Position numbers and translations under genes: made by a program. From Dehalococcoidia bacterium (GTDB lineage: Bacteria > Chloroflexota > Dehalococcoidia > SHYD01): DNA of 64,000 nucleotides. Every line of letters starts with the position of its first letter. Positions within the stretch are counted from its first letter, which is position 1. The DNA lies in assembly GCA_009692945.1 (NCBI GenBank), contig SHYD01000004.1:5910-69909 (forward strand), given 5' to 3'. This document shows, one piece after another, positions 36,643-45,910 of the stretch. The notes under the pieces are model-generated. The model did no database searches, had not been told where the DNA came from, and saw nothing but the letters and a program-made list of their open reading frames with translations.

Positions 36643-37821
36643 TCATTTCAGCAGTTCTTGGAAAAATTGCTCCATCTTTTGCCCCTCCTGCAGCGTCTCC
36701 AGCGTCCCCACGATCCGCTTGTACTCCCTGCTGTTGTCCACGACGTTGTCCTTATCCACGATCGGAACATCCTTGCGGCGGCTGTTTTGGGTCGACGATT
36801 GGGTATAGGAGATCTGGCCTTCCTTGGTGAAGAACCAGTTCAGGAACAGCTTGGCAGCATTGGGGTGGGGCGCTTTGTTCATCTTCCAGATCGGGGTGAT
36901 GACCGGCAGGAAGGCATCCGGTAGATCCAGCACCTGGACCTTGTCGGCCAGCCCCGCCGCCCGGAACTCCTCCAAACTGGCGCCGGTCACGCCGGTGGCG
37001 ACGGCGAACCTCCCCCGGATCAGTTGTTCAGTGATTTGACGAAAGTCCCGGCTGTAGGTGGGCTCCTGCTCAGTGAACAGCCGCTTCACGACATCCTCCC
37101 CTAAGTTCGCCTTGATAGCCGCGGCAGGGTAGAACGTCCCCCCATAAATCCGGGGGTCGCCAAAGATCATCTTACCCTTCCACTTGGGGTCGAGCAGGTC
37201 TCTGGCGCTCTTGATCTCCCCGGGTTTTACCAGGTCCCGGTTGATGTAAAACGCATTCAAGCCGCGCCAGCCGAAGCCGAAACCGTGTTTTTTCTCGGCA
37301 TCCACCCAGCCGAATTCGTAACCCCGGTGCCAGGCATTATCATCCAGCACATCGGGCCGGATCAGGTCAGCCCGTGTCGGGGCGATCATTCCCGCCGGCA
37401 TCAGGGTTTGGACGATGTCGTCGGTCTGGATCTGGGTGATGTCCCAGTTCACTATGCCCGCCTGCCACTCCTGGACCACCCGCGGGGTCCACAACCGCGA
37501 GCTTCCGAAGGTGGTGACCTCGGCGGTGATGCCGGGGAAGGCCGCTTCGAACGCCTCCCCGATCTTGCGCCAAGAGGCGCCGGCGCCGGTGAAATTCACC
37601 ACCACCTTCCCCTCTTGCTTGGCGGCGGCGACCAATTGGTCCCACTCTTTTTCCCAGGCTGGCTGTACGGGGGCCGCAGCCGGCGCAGCGGGGGCTTGGG
37701 CTGCAGGCGCCGCGGCTGGGGCGCAGGCTGCGGCCAGCAGCGCGCCACCGCCGATGGCTCCGGCCCGAAGCGCATCACGTCTCGTCATCGGGTGAGGAGC
37801 CGCCTCTTGAGAGGGTATCAT
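36643..37821 (-). CDS. ABC transporter solute-binding protein (family 1, Fe3+/polyamine-like) with Tat-like lipoprotein signal
   Basis: ATG 37821 follows GGAAGGAG, inside ORF 36643..37875. MTRRDALRAGAIGGGALLAAAC, followed by a periplasmic-binding-protein-like body. Confidence 0.8.
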   Translation of the reverse strand: MIPSQEAAPHPMTRRDALRAGAIGGGALLAAACAPAAAPAAQAPAAPAAAPVQPAWEKEWDQLVAAAKQEGKVVVNFTGAGASWRKIGEAFEAAFPGITAEVTTFGSSRLWTPRVVQEWQAGIVNWDITQIQTDDIVQTLMPAGMIAPTRADLIRPDVLDDNAWHRGYEFGWVDAEKKHGFGFGWRGLNAFYINRDLVKPGEIKSARDLLDPKWKGKMIFGDPRIYGGTFYPAAAIKANLGEDVVKRLFTEQEPTYSRDFRQITEQLIRGRFAVATGVTGASLEEFRAAGLADKVQVLDLPDAFLPVITPIWKMNKAPHPNAAKLFLNWFFTKEGQISYTQSSTQNSRRKDVPIVDKDNVVDNSREYKRIVGTLETLQEGQKMEQFFQELLK

Positions 37822-37895
37822 GCAATCTCCTTCCAACAGCTGCCGTTCTCCCACATCAACGTTGGATGGACGCATGAAACGCCCGGCAGTCGACG

Positions 37896-38204
37896 CTATC
37901 GTATGACCGAGGCAAATGCGGTATCGAAGTCCGCGGATTTGTCGTCGAGTTCCCAGTACATCGGGATGGCTTCAACTTCAGAGAGAGGTTCCACCCAGTA
38001 GCGTTCATTGTGCACGTTCTGGGTCGAGGGATGCGCCCGGTGTTGTGCAAAGAACCGTCCATCTTTGGTGCGGAACAAGAAGGTCCGTTTCTCCTGGGGA
38101 ACCCACTCTGGTCCGCCGATGTAGTCACCTTGGGCCAGCAACGTTGAGGTGTCGGTGGCGTAGCGCTTTCCACCAATCAGGGCCGTCATCCGCAATGGTC
38201 CCAT
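37896..38204 (-). CDS. Small hypothetical protein
   Basis: ORF 37896..38228 trimmed to the ATG preceded by GAAGGGGA. It has coding-like composition, no motif I recognise, and is co-directional with the downstream SBP gene. Confidence 0.45.
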   Translation of the reverse strand: MGPLRMTALIGGKRYATDTSTLLAQGDYIGGPEWVPQEKRTFLFRTKDGRFFAQHRAHPSTQNVHNERYWVEPLSEVEAIPMYWELDDKSADFDTAFASVIR

Positions 38205-38336
38205 GGGCGTTCCCCTTCTTATGTCCACTACCAGTTCGAACTCCGGAAGTTGCCCGCATTATAGAGCGGGGTCAGAGTAGCGTCAATTTTCAATCGGTCC
38301 GGTGTTCAAATCGAGCCGTTACGAGTTCAGACATCA

Positions 38337-38369
38337 ATGCCCAAGGGACACCACCGGGCTATGAAAAGG
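38337..38369 (+). repeat. Repeat module C
   Basis: ATGCCCAAGGGACACCACCGGGCTATGAAAAGG. Confidence 0.5.
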
Positions 38370-38443
38370 CGCGGGAGCAACAGCGCTTGGTCAGGTCATT
38401 CACCGCAGCGACCCACCCACCCGAGGGGAAAAAAGAAGAGGAC

Positions 38444-38494
38444 GATGAGGGGACACCCCTCAAACCCCGCCAGCGGGAAACCCGCTGGTCACCC
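38444..38494 (+). repeat. GC-hairpin repeat, module B
   Basis: GATGAGGGGACACCCCTCAAACCCCGCCAGCGGGAAACCCGCTGGTCACCC. Confidence 0.75.
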
Positions 38495-38503
38495 TTCCCA
38501 GGA

Positions 38504-38614
38504 GAGTTGAGGTTCGGACACGGGGGTGCGGGGGGCCGAAGCCATCCTGCCGGGGGATTGGGGGTGTTTCCCCAGAAATAACACTATTTCTTTTCTCGGG
38601 GGTGTGGGGCAAAC
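38504..38614 (+). repeat. GC-hairpin repeat, module A
   Basis: GAGTTGAGGTTCGGACACGGGGGTGCGGGGGGCCGAAGCCATCCTGCCGGGGGATTGGGGGTGTTTCCCCAGAAATAAC..TTTCTTTTCTCGGGGGTGTGGGGCAAAC. Confidence 0.7.
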
Positions 38615-38748
38615 GATCGAAGGGAAGCCCCTCTCGTGGCTGAATAGATAACCGGTCCGGAGCATTCCATCGGGTATCTTCTGACGTGCAACGCTGGGCC
38701 GTCGTAAAATACCCATCCAAGCTGCCCTATCCAGGAAGGAACAACGCC

Positions 38749-40858
38749 ATGCCGCTGAGCGAAGCCTCTGCCCTCCGCCTGTTGGCCCATGCGTACCGGG
38801 TCCAGACCCGGTACCAGGATGCCAGGGCCGGTGGCAGGATGCGCCACCGGAGCCGCTGCTGGCGGTGCTGCGGGCGCTGGGGGCTCCACTGCATCTGGGC
38901 ATGTCCAGCGTTCGCGAGGCATTGCACGCCCGGCAGCAGGCGCGCTGGCGGCGGATGGTGGAGCCGGTCATCGTGGCGTGGTCCGGAGCACTCCCGCCCG
39001 TGCGCCTGCGCCGAGTGGCCGGGGCCTCGGAGTGGGTGGACTGCACCATAGACCTCGAGGCCGGCGGTTCAACCTCCTGGCGGCTCAGGTGGGAAGACAT
39101 GGCTCTGGAGCGGTCCGTCAGCAGGGACGGCGTTGTGCTTGAAGTTCGAGCTGCGGCCCTCCCACCCAGACTCCCTGACGGTTACCATCGCCTGCGCATC
39201 CAGACGGGGCGGGCGGCGGAGGAAGCACACTGGTTATCGCCGCACCGCCCCGGGCCTGGTTCCCCGAGGCGCGGCCGCGGCCGTCGTGGGGCGTATTCCT
39301 ACCGCTCTACGCGCTCCGGCGTGAGGGCGGGTTCGGCGCCGGCGACCTCGGTGGGCTGCGCCGGTTGGTCGAATGGACGGGCTCGCTGGGAGGCAGCGCG
39401 GTAGGGACGCTGCCCCTCACCGCCGCCTTTCTCGACGAACCCTTCGAGCCGAGTCCCTACGCCCCCGCGAGCCGGCTCTTCTGGAACGAACTGCTCCTCG
39501 ACATCGAGACGATTCCAGAACTGGCCGCGAGCCCGGCCGCTCGGGAGATCTTCGCATCGCCAGCTTTCCGGGAGGAGCGGGAACGGATCGAGCGCTCACC
39601 CCTGGTCGACTACGCCGCGGCGATGTCGCTCAAATGGAGGGTGCTGGAGCCCCTGGACGCCGCGATGACGGCGGCCGATGGCGCGCGGCGCACGGCCTTC
39701 GAAAGCCATCGCAGAGACACCCCCGGGTTTGCAGACTACGCCCACTTCAGGGCGGTGACCGAGCAGCGCCGGCGCCCGTGACCGGACTGGCCCGAACCGC
39801 TGCGATCGGGGCGGCTGCCGAGGGAGGATGGCGCCGCAGCAGCGCGCCACTACCACGAGTACGTGCAGTGGCTCTGCCACGAACAACTGAGCGGGGTAGA
39901 GGAACTTGCCTCCGACCGAGGGGTGCAACTCTATTTGGACCTGCCCCTCGGCGTCCATTACAACAGTTACGACGTCTGGAGGGAACGTGAGTGCTTTGCC
40001 CTGGATGCGGCGGGCGGCGCGCCGCCCGATGCGCTGTTCGCCGGCGGACAGGATTGGGGCTTCCCGCCGCTGCACCCCGAACAGTCCCGCTCCCAGGGCC
40101 ACCGGTACTACATCGGGGCGCTTCGGAACTACATGCGCTATGCCCACATTCTGCGGGTGGAGCACGTGATGGGCATGCACCGGCTGTACTGGGTGCCGAA
40201 CGGCTTCTCAGCCAAACAGGGGGTGCATGTCCACTATCCAGCAGGGGAACTCTACGCCATTCTGTGCCTCGAGTCCCACCGCAACCGCTGCTGGGTGATC
40301 GGAGAAAACCTCGGAACCGTTCCATCTTATGTCAATGTTGCACTCCAGACCCGCGGGTTGCACTCGATGTACGTGGGCCCGTTCTCCCTCACGGGCGATC
40401 CCGCGCAGCCCCTGGCGCCACCGCCGGACGGTTCCCTTGCCGGCATGAACACTCACGATACGCCGACCTTCGCCGGCTATTCGGCAGGGCGCGACATTGA
40501 AGACCTCATCGACCTCGGGCTGCTGGACCGGACGGAGGCTGAGCACCAGATGGAATGGCGGTGGGAAGCCCTCGACACCCTCGCCGGCTACTGCCGGCGG
40601 CAGGGTTGGATCGGCCAAGGCTCACCCGCGCCGGAGGAATTGTTGGCGGCCTGCTTGAAGTATCTTGGCCGGAGCCAAGCGGAGATGGTGCTGGTGAACC
40701 TGGAGGACCTCTGGGGCGAGACGGATCCGCAGAACGTGCCGGGAACTTGGAGGGAGCGGCCGAACTGGCGGCGGCGGGCGCGTCTGACGCTGGAGGAGTT
40801 CACCGCCTCGCCGGAGGTGCGGGATACCCTTCGGGGCATCATTCCTTCCGGCGGTTGA
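38749..40858 (+). pseudogene. malQ: 4-alpha-glucanotransferase (amylomaltase) with two frame breaks and one in-frame TGA
   Basis: ATG 38749 follows AGGAAGGA. Homology runs through three frames: ..RVQTRYQDA | QDAPPEPLLAVLRALGAPL.. | LVIAAPPRAWFPEARPRPSWGVFLPLYALRREGGFGAGDLGGLRRLVEWTGSLGG.. . Breaks lie at the GGG run 38825-38827 and near 39226-39232. TGA 39779-39781 sits where a Trp is expected (RRP*PDWPEPL). The C-terminal part, ORF 39863..40858, is intact. Confidence 0.8.
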
Positions 40859-41059
40859 GCAGCCGTCGCTGTCGGACTGGTCGATCGTGAACTGACCAGC
40901 GGCTGTTTTCGCACGGGCATTGAGTTCACGCCGCGTTTGGTTGACAGGGCAGGAGCCCTCCACTATCCTGCCACCAAGCCGGGCACGGCGCCACACGAGC
41001 CGCCGTCCCATCGCTGCCGCATTTCCGGCATCCATCCATCTACCGTTAGGAGCGCATCT

Positions 41060-42142
41060 ATGCCATCCCGAGCCACCATCGACGCCGACGGGCATGTTTT
41101 CGAGGACCTCGCCCGGATCGGCAAGCTGATGCCGAAGGAGTACTGGACCAACAACGCCCCTCCCTCCAACGCCTTTGCGCCGCTCGACCACATGCACACC
41201 GCGCTGGGCCGCACGCTGCCGGGAGCGTTCGGCGACGGCAAGCCCGTCAACTCCCCCGAATGGTTCCACTTCTTGGAAGACGTGGGGGTCGAGGCGACGG
41301 TGCTGTACCCCACCGCCGGACTGGCCTACGGCCGGATGAACGACGTCGACTGGGCCATCGCCGCCTGCCGGGCTTACAACGACTGGCTGCACGAAGCCTA
41401 CGTGGCCAAGAGCCCCCGCTTTCGGGGGATGGCGCTGATCCCGCTGCAGGATCCCGATGAGGCCGTGGTGGAACTGCGGCGGGCCGTTACCGAACTCAAG
41501 ATGACCGGCGCCATGCTCCCTTCCACCGGGCTGAAGGCGCACCTCGGATCCAAGGAGTACTGGCCGGTGTACGCCGAAGCCGAGCGGCTGGGATGTGCGC
41601 TGGCGCTCCACGGCGGCAGCCACATCAATCTGGGTTTCAACGACCTCAACATGTTCGCCCCGATCCACGCCCTGGGCCACCCCTACGGCATCATGATCGG
41701 CTTCGCCGGAATCATCTTCAACGGCGTGCTGGACCGGTTCCCCGGAGTCCGCGTCGGTTTTCTCGAAGCGGGGGTGGGCTGGCTGGCGTTCACGCTGGAG
41801 CGCTTCGACGGCTCCTACAAGGCGTTCACCCCCATCGACCTCCGGGGCCAGTACATGCAGTTCAAGTCCGGCGAGCGCAAACCGAGCCACGTCATCCGCC
41901 GCCACATCGAAGAGGGGCGGATCTTCGTCGGCGTCGAGGGCGATGAGCCCACCCTGCCCCACGCGGTGAAGACCGTGGGCAACAAACCCTTCATGTTCTC
42001 CACCGACTACCCCCACGAAGTCACGAATGAGACCTGCAAGGAGGAGATCCAGGAACTGCTGGAAAACGAAGAACTGAGCGACGCCGACAAGGAGGCGATC
42101 CTCTACACCAACGCCAAGCGGTTTTACGCCCTCGGCGATTAG
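41060..42142 (+). CDS. Amidohydrolase-2 family protein
   Basis: ATG 41060 lies inside ORF 40937..42142. TIDADGHVFE, LALHGGSH, FSTDYPHE. Confidence 0.8.
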   Translation: MPSRATIDADGHVFEDLARIGKLMPKEYWTNNAPPSNAFAPLDHMHTALGRTLPGAFGDGKPVNSPEWFHFLEDVGVEATVLYPTAGLAYGRMNDVDWAIAACRAYNDWLHEAYVAKSPRFRGMALIPLQDPDEAVVELRRAVTELKMTGAMLPSTGLKAHLGSKEYWPVYAEAERLGCALALHGGSHINLGFNDLNMFAPIHALGHPYGIMIGFAGIIFNGVLDRFPGVRVGFLEAGVGWLAFTLERFDGSYKAFTPIDLRGQYMQFKSGERKPSHVIRRHIEEGRIFVGVEGDEPTLPHAVKTVGNKPFMFSTDYPHEVTNETCKEEIQELLENEELSDADKEAILYTNAKRFYALGD

Positions 42143-42174
42143 ACTGGCCCACATCCCTTCTCAAGGAGAACATC

Positions 42175-43272
42175 ATGCCGAATGAATGCCGTGCGGCGGT
42201 GATCACCGGGTTCAACAAGCCCTTGGAAGTCCAAAAGGTGCCGATTCCCGACCTGGAACCGAAAGCCATGCTTGCGAAGGTGGAGGCGGCGACCTTATGC
42301 GGCACCGATGTCCACCGCTGGCATGGCGCCAACGTCCAACCCGGCATCATGCCCTTCATCCCCGGCCACGAGACCTGCGGGATCATCGAAGAGATGAATG
42401 GCCCCCGCACGGATCTCCTGGGTTCGCCCCTCAAGAAGGGCGACCGGGTGCTGTGGTCCTATCCGTCATGCGGCCGTTGCTATTGGTGCACCATCGCCCG
42501 GCAACCCTCGATCTGCCCCGAGATCATGTATTGGGGGTGCAATCACTCCAACGAATACCCCTACCTGCTGGGCGGATGCGCCGAATACCAGTATGTGCCG
42601 CCCCCCAGCGATGTCATCAAAGTGCCTGACGAGGTACCCTCGCCCCTGGCCGCGGCGGCGGCCTGCGCCTACCGCACCGTGATGCATGGCTTCGAGCGGC
42701 TGGGCGTCATCGCGCCGCATGAGACCGTGCTGGTCCAGGGCAGCGGGCCGCTCGGACTCTTCGCTATCGCGGTCGCCCGCGACAAGAGCGCCTACCGGGT
42801 GTTGAACATCGGGGCGCCGGCCGACCGCGTCAAGGTGGCGAGCGACCTCGGCGCCGACGCAACCCTCAACCTGGACGACGTGCCCGACCCGCAGCACCGC
42901 ATCCAGTGGGTGAAGGACCACACCGACGGCCGCGGCGCCGACATCGTCATCCAGTGCGCCACCCATGATGCGGTGCCCGAGGGGGTTGCGATGGTGCGAA
43001 AGGGCGGCCGCTACCTCTCCATCGGCGCGGGCGGCAGCGGGAAGGCTGCGGTGCCGGTCAACATCATGAGCCAGCACATCAGTTTCATCAGCGTCCTGAT
43101 CGCCGAGCCGCGCCACTGGCTCCAGGCCGTCCGGTTCCTGGCCACCCGGCAGGACCTGAAATGGGAAGGGATGATCTCCAAGAGCTACACCTTGGACCAG
43201 ACCAGCCAGGCCTTTGAGGACATGGCCGCCTTCCGTATCGTGAAGCCCGTCATCTATCCCCACCAACGCTAG
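42175..43272 (+). CDS. Zinc-dependent medium-chain alcohol dehydrogenase family
   Basis: CGTDVHRWHG..PGHETCGII, the structural-Zn cysteines CGRCYWC..C, and the Rossmann motif VQGSGPLG. Confidence 0.85.
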   Translation: MPNECRAAVITGFNKPLEVQKVPIPDLEPKAMLAKVEAATLCGTDVHRWHGANVQPGIMPFIPGHETCGIIEEMNGPRTDLLGSPLKKGDRVLWSYPSCGRCYWCTIARQPSICPEIMYWGCNHSNEYPYLLGGCAEYQYVPPPSDVIKVPDEVPSPLAAAAACAYRTVMHGFERLGVIAPHETVLVQGSGPLGLFAIAVARDKSAYRVLNIGAPADRVKVASDLGADATLNLDDVPDPQHRIQWVKDHTDGRGADIVIQCATHDAVPEGVAMVRKGGRYLSIGAGGSGKAAVPVNIMSQHISFISVLIAEPRHWLQAVRFLATRQDLKWEGMISKSYTLDQTSQAFEDMAAFRIVKPVIYPHQR

Positions 43273-43376
43273 TCTCCCGGAATGGGGAGTCCATGGCCCC
43301 GCTGCGATTTGCCAAGGGGTACGGGGAACATCCCCCTGTAACTGCCCAGGGATGATGTTTTCCTGACCTTCGGGAC

Positions 43377-43463
43377 GGGAGTGCCAGAGGGCTAGCTCTC
43401 TGCCGGGGGAACTTGGGAGTGTCCCCCAAGAACAAATCTTCTCTTTTTTCGGGGGTGGAGCAA
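43377..43463 (+). repeat. GC-hairpin repeat, module A
   Basis: GGGAGTGCCAGAGGGCTAGCTCTCTGCCGGGGGAACTTGGGAGTGTCCCCCAAGAACAAATCTTCTCTTTTTTCGGGGGTGGAGCAA. Confidence 0.7.
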
Positions 43464-43500
43464 ACGGCGCGCACGCGTCCCCATCAAGAGTAGTTAGCCA

Positions 43501-43538
43501 CCCATGACCACGGGCCACCATGAGGCCATGAAAAACGG
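43501..43538 (+). repeat. Repeat module C
   Basis: CCCATGACCACGGGCCACCATGAGGCCATGAAAAACGG. Confidence 0.55.
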
Positions 43539-43608
43539 CTATGTGTTGACCGCCCAATAGCACCTCCGGCGCTGGTCGCCCCCTCCCCGGAGAGAAACAA
43601 AGAGGACA

Positions 43609-43668
43609 GGTGAGGGGGCGACCCCTCACGCTCCCCGCCAGCGGGAGACCCGCTGGACACCCCTTTTC
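43609..43668 (+). repeat. GC-hairpin repeat, module B
   Basis: GGTGAGGGGGCGACCCCTCACGCTCCCCGCCAGCGGGAGACCCGCTGGACACCCCTTTTC. Confidence 0.8.
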
Positions 43669-43734
43669 ATCGCAGGTACACTTCGGAAGGCGTCCATGCC
43701 GGTTCGGGAGCCAGAGATTGCCAGGGAGCGACAG

Positions 43735-44151
43735 ATGAGGTTTCAGATCACCGAGATGGACCACATCGTCCTCAACGTGGCGGACATCGACCGCTCCCTG
43801 GCGTTCTACACCAACGTGCTGGGACTGCCGGCGGAGCGGGAGGACGAGTGGCGGGCTGGGAAGATCGGGTTCCCCTCGGTACGGATCAACGCGGACACCA
43901 TCATCGACCTCATGGCGGGGCCGGTCCTGGGGGCGGCGACCGGGCAGAAGACCCAGGGAAACCTCAACCACTTCTGCATGGTGGTCGCGGGCGCCGACCT
44001 TGCTCCGGCGCTGGGGCACCTCGCGGCGAACGGGGTGGCCGTCCACAACGGTCCGGTGTCCCGCTGGGGCGCCCACGGCCGCGCCACCTCGGTCTACCTG
44101 CTGGACCCGGACGGCAATGAGGTAGAGTTGCGGTGCTACGGCTCGGATTGA
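43735..44151 (+). CDS. Glyoxalase/bleomycin-resistance/dioxygenase (VOC) family protein
   Basis: ATG 43735 follows AGGGAG. MDHIVLNVADIDRSLAFYTNVLGL and LLDPDGNEVEL. Confidence 0.8.
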   Translation: MRFQITEMDHIVLNVADIDRSLAFYTNVLGLPAEREDEWRAGKIGFPSVRINADTIIDLMAGPVLGAATGQKTQGNLNHFCMVVAGADLAPALGHLAANGVAVHNGPVSRWGAHGRATSVYLLDPDGNEVELRCYGSD

Positions 44152-44153
44152 CG

Positions 44154-44190
44154 AACGAGGGCCCAGTCCGGTGACCGGTCCCTCGTTTTC
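44154..44190 (+). terminator. Probable rho-independent terminator between convergent genes
   Basis: AACGAGGG..CCCTCGTT outer stem (44154-44161 / 44180-44187) with inner CCGG/CCGG pairing, followed by TTC. Confidence 0.55.
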
Positions 44191-44224
44191 AAAGCTGATT
44201 CCGCGCTCGCGCCCGGGGCATCGC

Positions 44225-45787
44225 TCACACCGCGGCGACCTCAGCCACCGGCCCGTGGACCTCGGGGAAGACCAATGATTTGACCACCACCGGCACCGCC
44301 TGGGCGGGGTAGATCATCTCGCCGATGTCGATGAAGTCGAGCTCCCGCAGGTGAATGCTGTCGATGGACACCACCTGGTTGCTGATGCCCATATCGTTGC
44401 GGATGATTTCCCCCACCAGTTTGCCGAAGTCGTGGGTGAACACAATGATGATGTTCATCCCATTGGCAATAGTTTTGGGCAGGCCCATACAGATCCCTTC
44501 AGCGAGCGCTCGCAGCAGTTGGTAGCGGGGGGTGCCGCGCCAGCCGATGGCGAGCGCCACCTCCTGTTCGCCCTCCTCCATATCGAAGCGCCGGAAGGCC
44601 CGCTGGATGGCGTCCCGCAACTCAACGGCGTCGATCTCCTCGTTCTCGCCCAGCACCGGGTACAGCACTGGAACATTGCGGATCGGGAGCACGCTCTCGT
44701 CGGAAATCGAGATGGTGTTGCCACTCACCTGAACTGTGAACTGCGACGCCCCCATAACAGTGGCACGGATCCCTTCCTGGGGTTGCTGCACCGGGCCGGG
44801 CAATTCAGCGGTGCGGTCGCGCACCGATTGGGCCAGCGGCAGCGCCAGATCCCCGAAGTTCCGCATCTCCCGCTGGTAAACGTACTCCGAGACACCGCCG
44901 GAAAACACCACCGCGTCCACCGGTTGCCGCGTTGAGAGTTCGGGGGTCACCAACAGGTCCCGCGAGAGTTGGGAGAGCGGCGCAGGGCGGGTCATCTCGA
45001 ACATGCAATCGGCGAACCGCTGCGCCAGAGCTTCCCGATGCGCGGGCGACAGGACCTCACCCATGCGCAGTTCGATGCCGAGCGTATCGGCCACCGTCCG
45101 CGCCGCTGGTTCGATACGGATGATCCGGTCATCCTCATCGGTGGCCACCAACCGGCCGCCAACGCTCATCGCTGCGGTTTCCAACACGTGCCCATCATGC
45201 ACTCGGGCGAACTTGGTGGTGCCGCCCCCGATATCAATATTTAGCACGGTGCTCGGCCCCTGCCGGGAGAGGTGCACCGCCCCAGAACCGTTGGCCGCCA
45301 GCACCGCCTCCATGTTGTGCCCTGCTGAGGCACAGACGAACTTCCCGGCCTCGCCGGCGAACAGGTGGGCGATGGCCCTGGCGTTGTGCCGTTTCACGGC
45401 TTCACCGGTCAGGATGATGGCGCCGGTATCGATGTCGTCGGGCGTGAAACCGGCCTCCCGGTACGCCTGAGCGACGAACTGCTGCAGCGCCTCACCGTTG
45501 ATGGTGTACTCCGGCGTATAGGGCGTTAGCAGGATGGGAGACCGGTGCAGCACCTTCCGTTCCACCACCACGTAGCGGCTCGACAGGTACTGCCCGAGCC
45601 GCTGGAGGTGCAGCTTGGAGAACATCAGATGCGATGTGGAGGAGCCGATGTCGATACCGACGGTGGTCAGTTCGATATTGTCGGCATAGTAGAAGTCGTT
45701 CTTCGGGATGGGCCCATCGAAGGCCTCTGCCGCGTGCTCGTGATCATCGTGAAAATCGTGGTCGTCGTGCAAAGCCTTCTCCCTCAC
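44225..45787 (-). CDS. EutA-family (ASKHA-fold) ATPase with His/Asp-rich N-terminal extension
   Basis: It is collinear with E. coli EutA as I recall it (VGIDIGSSTSHLMFS, GAIILTGEAVKRHNA, VLNIDIGGGTTKF, VVFSGGVSEYVY, VVVKSLVFP). The start is GTG 45787, or TTG 45772 which follows GGGAGAAGG. The N-terminus reads ..HDDHDFHDDHEH.. Confidence 0.8.
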   Translation of the reverse strand: MREKALHDDHDFHDDHEHAAEAFDGPIPKNDFYYADNIELTTVGIDIGSSTSHLMFSKLHLQRLGQYLSSRYVVVERKVLHRSPILLTPYTPEYTINGEALQQFVAQAYREAGFTPDDIDTGAIILTGEAVKRHNARAIAHLFAGEAGKFVCASAGHNMEAVLAANGSGAVHLSRQGPSTVLNIDIGGGTTKFARVHDGHVLETAAMSVGGRLVATDEDDRIIRIEPAARTVADTLGIELRMGEVLSPAHREALAQRFADCMFEMTRPAPLSQLSRDLLVTPELSTRQPVDAVVFSGGVSEYVYQREMRNFGDLALPLAQSVRDRTAELPGPVQQPQEGIRATVMGASQFTVQVSGNTISISDESVLPIRNVPVLYPVLGENEEIDAVELRDAIQRAFRRFDMEEGEQEVALAIGWRGTPRYQLLRALAEGICMGLPKTIANGMNIIIVFTHDFGKLVGEIIRNDMGISNQVVSIDSIHLRELDFIDIGEMIYPAQAVPVVVKSLVFPEVHGPVAEVAAV

Positions 45788-45910
45788 CGCCAGATGGTGG
45801 CCGCAATCCGGCCGGTTGGGGCCGGGCCCGCCCCGTTCATTGTAGCCGGGACATGGCAGCGCCGGGCGTCCCGCATTCGGTCCGCCCGGCGCGCCTGAGA
45901 CGATGGGACG

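Noticed and set aside
38290-38330. tRNA-like T-loop string GGTGTTCAAATCGAGCC.
   Set aside because: The flanking bases cannot form a T-stem (CGGTG vs CGAGC) or an acceptor stem, and no anticodon arm could be drawn on either strand.
39779-39781. TGA recoded as Trp or Sec (alternative genetic code).
   Set aside because: TGA is used as the ordinary stop of many well-delimited genes in this window (for example the SDR at 7731, the E1/E2 overlap and several ATGA overlaps). The same gene also carries two frame breaks.
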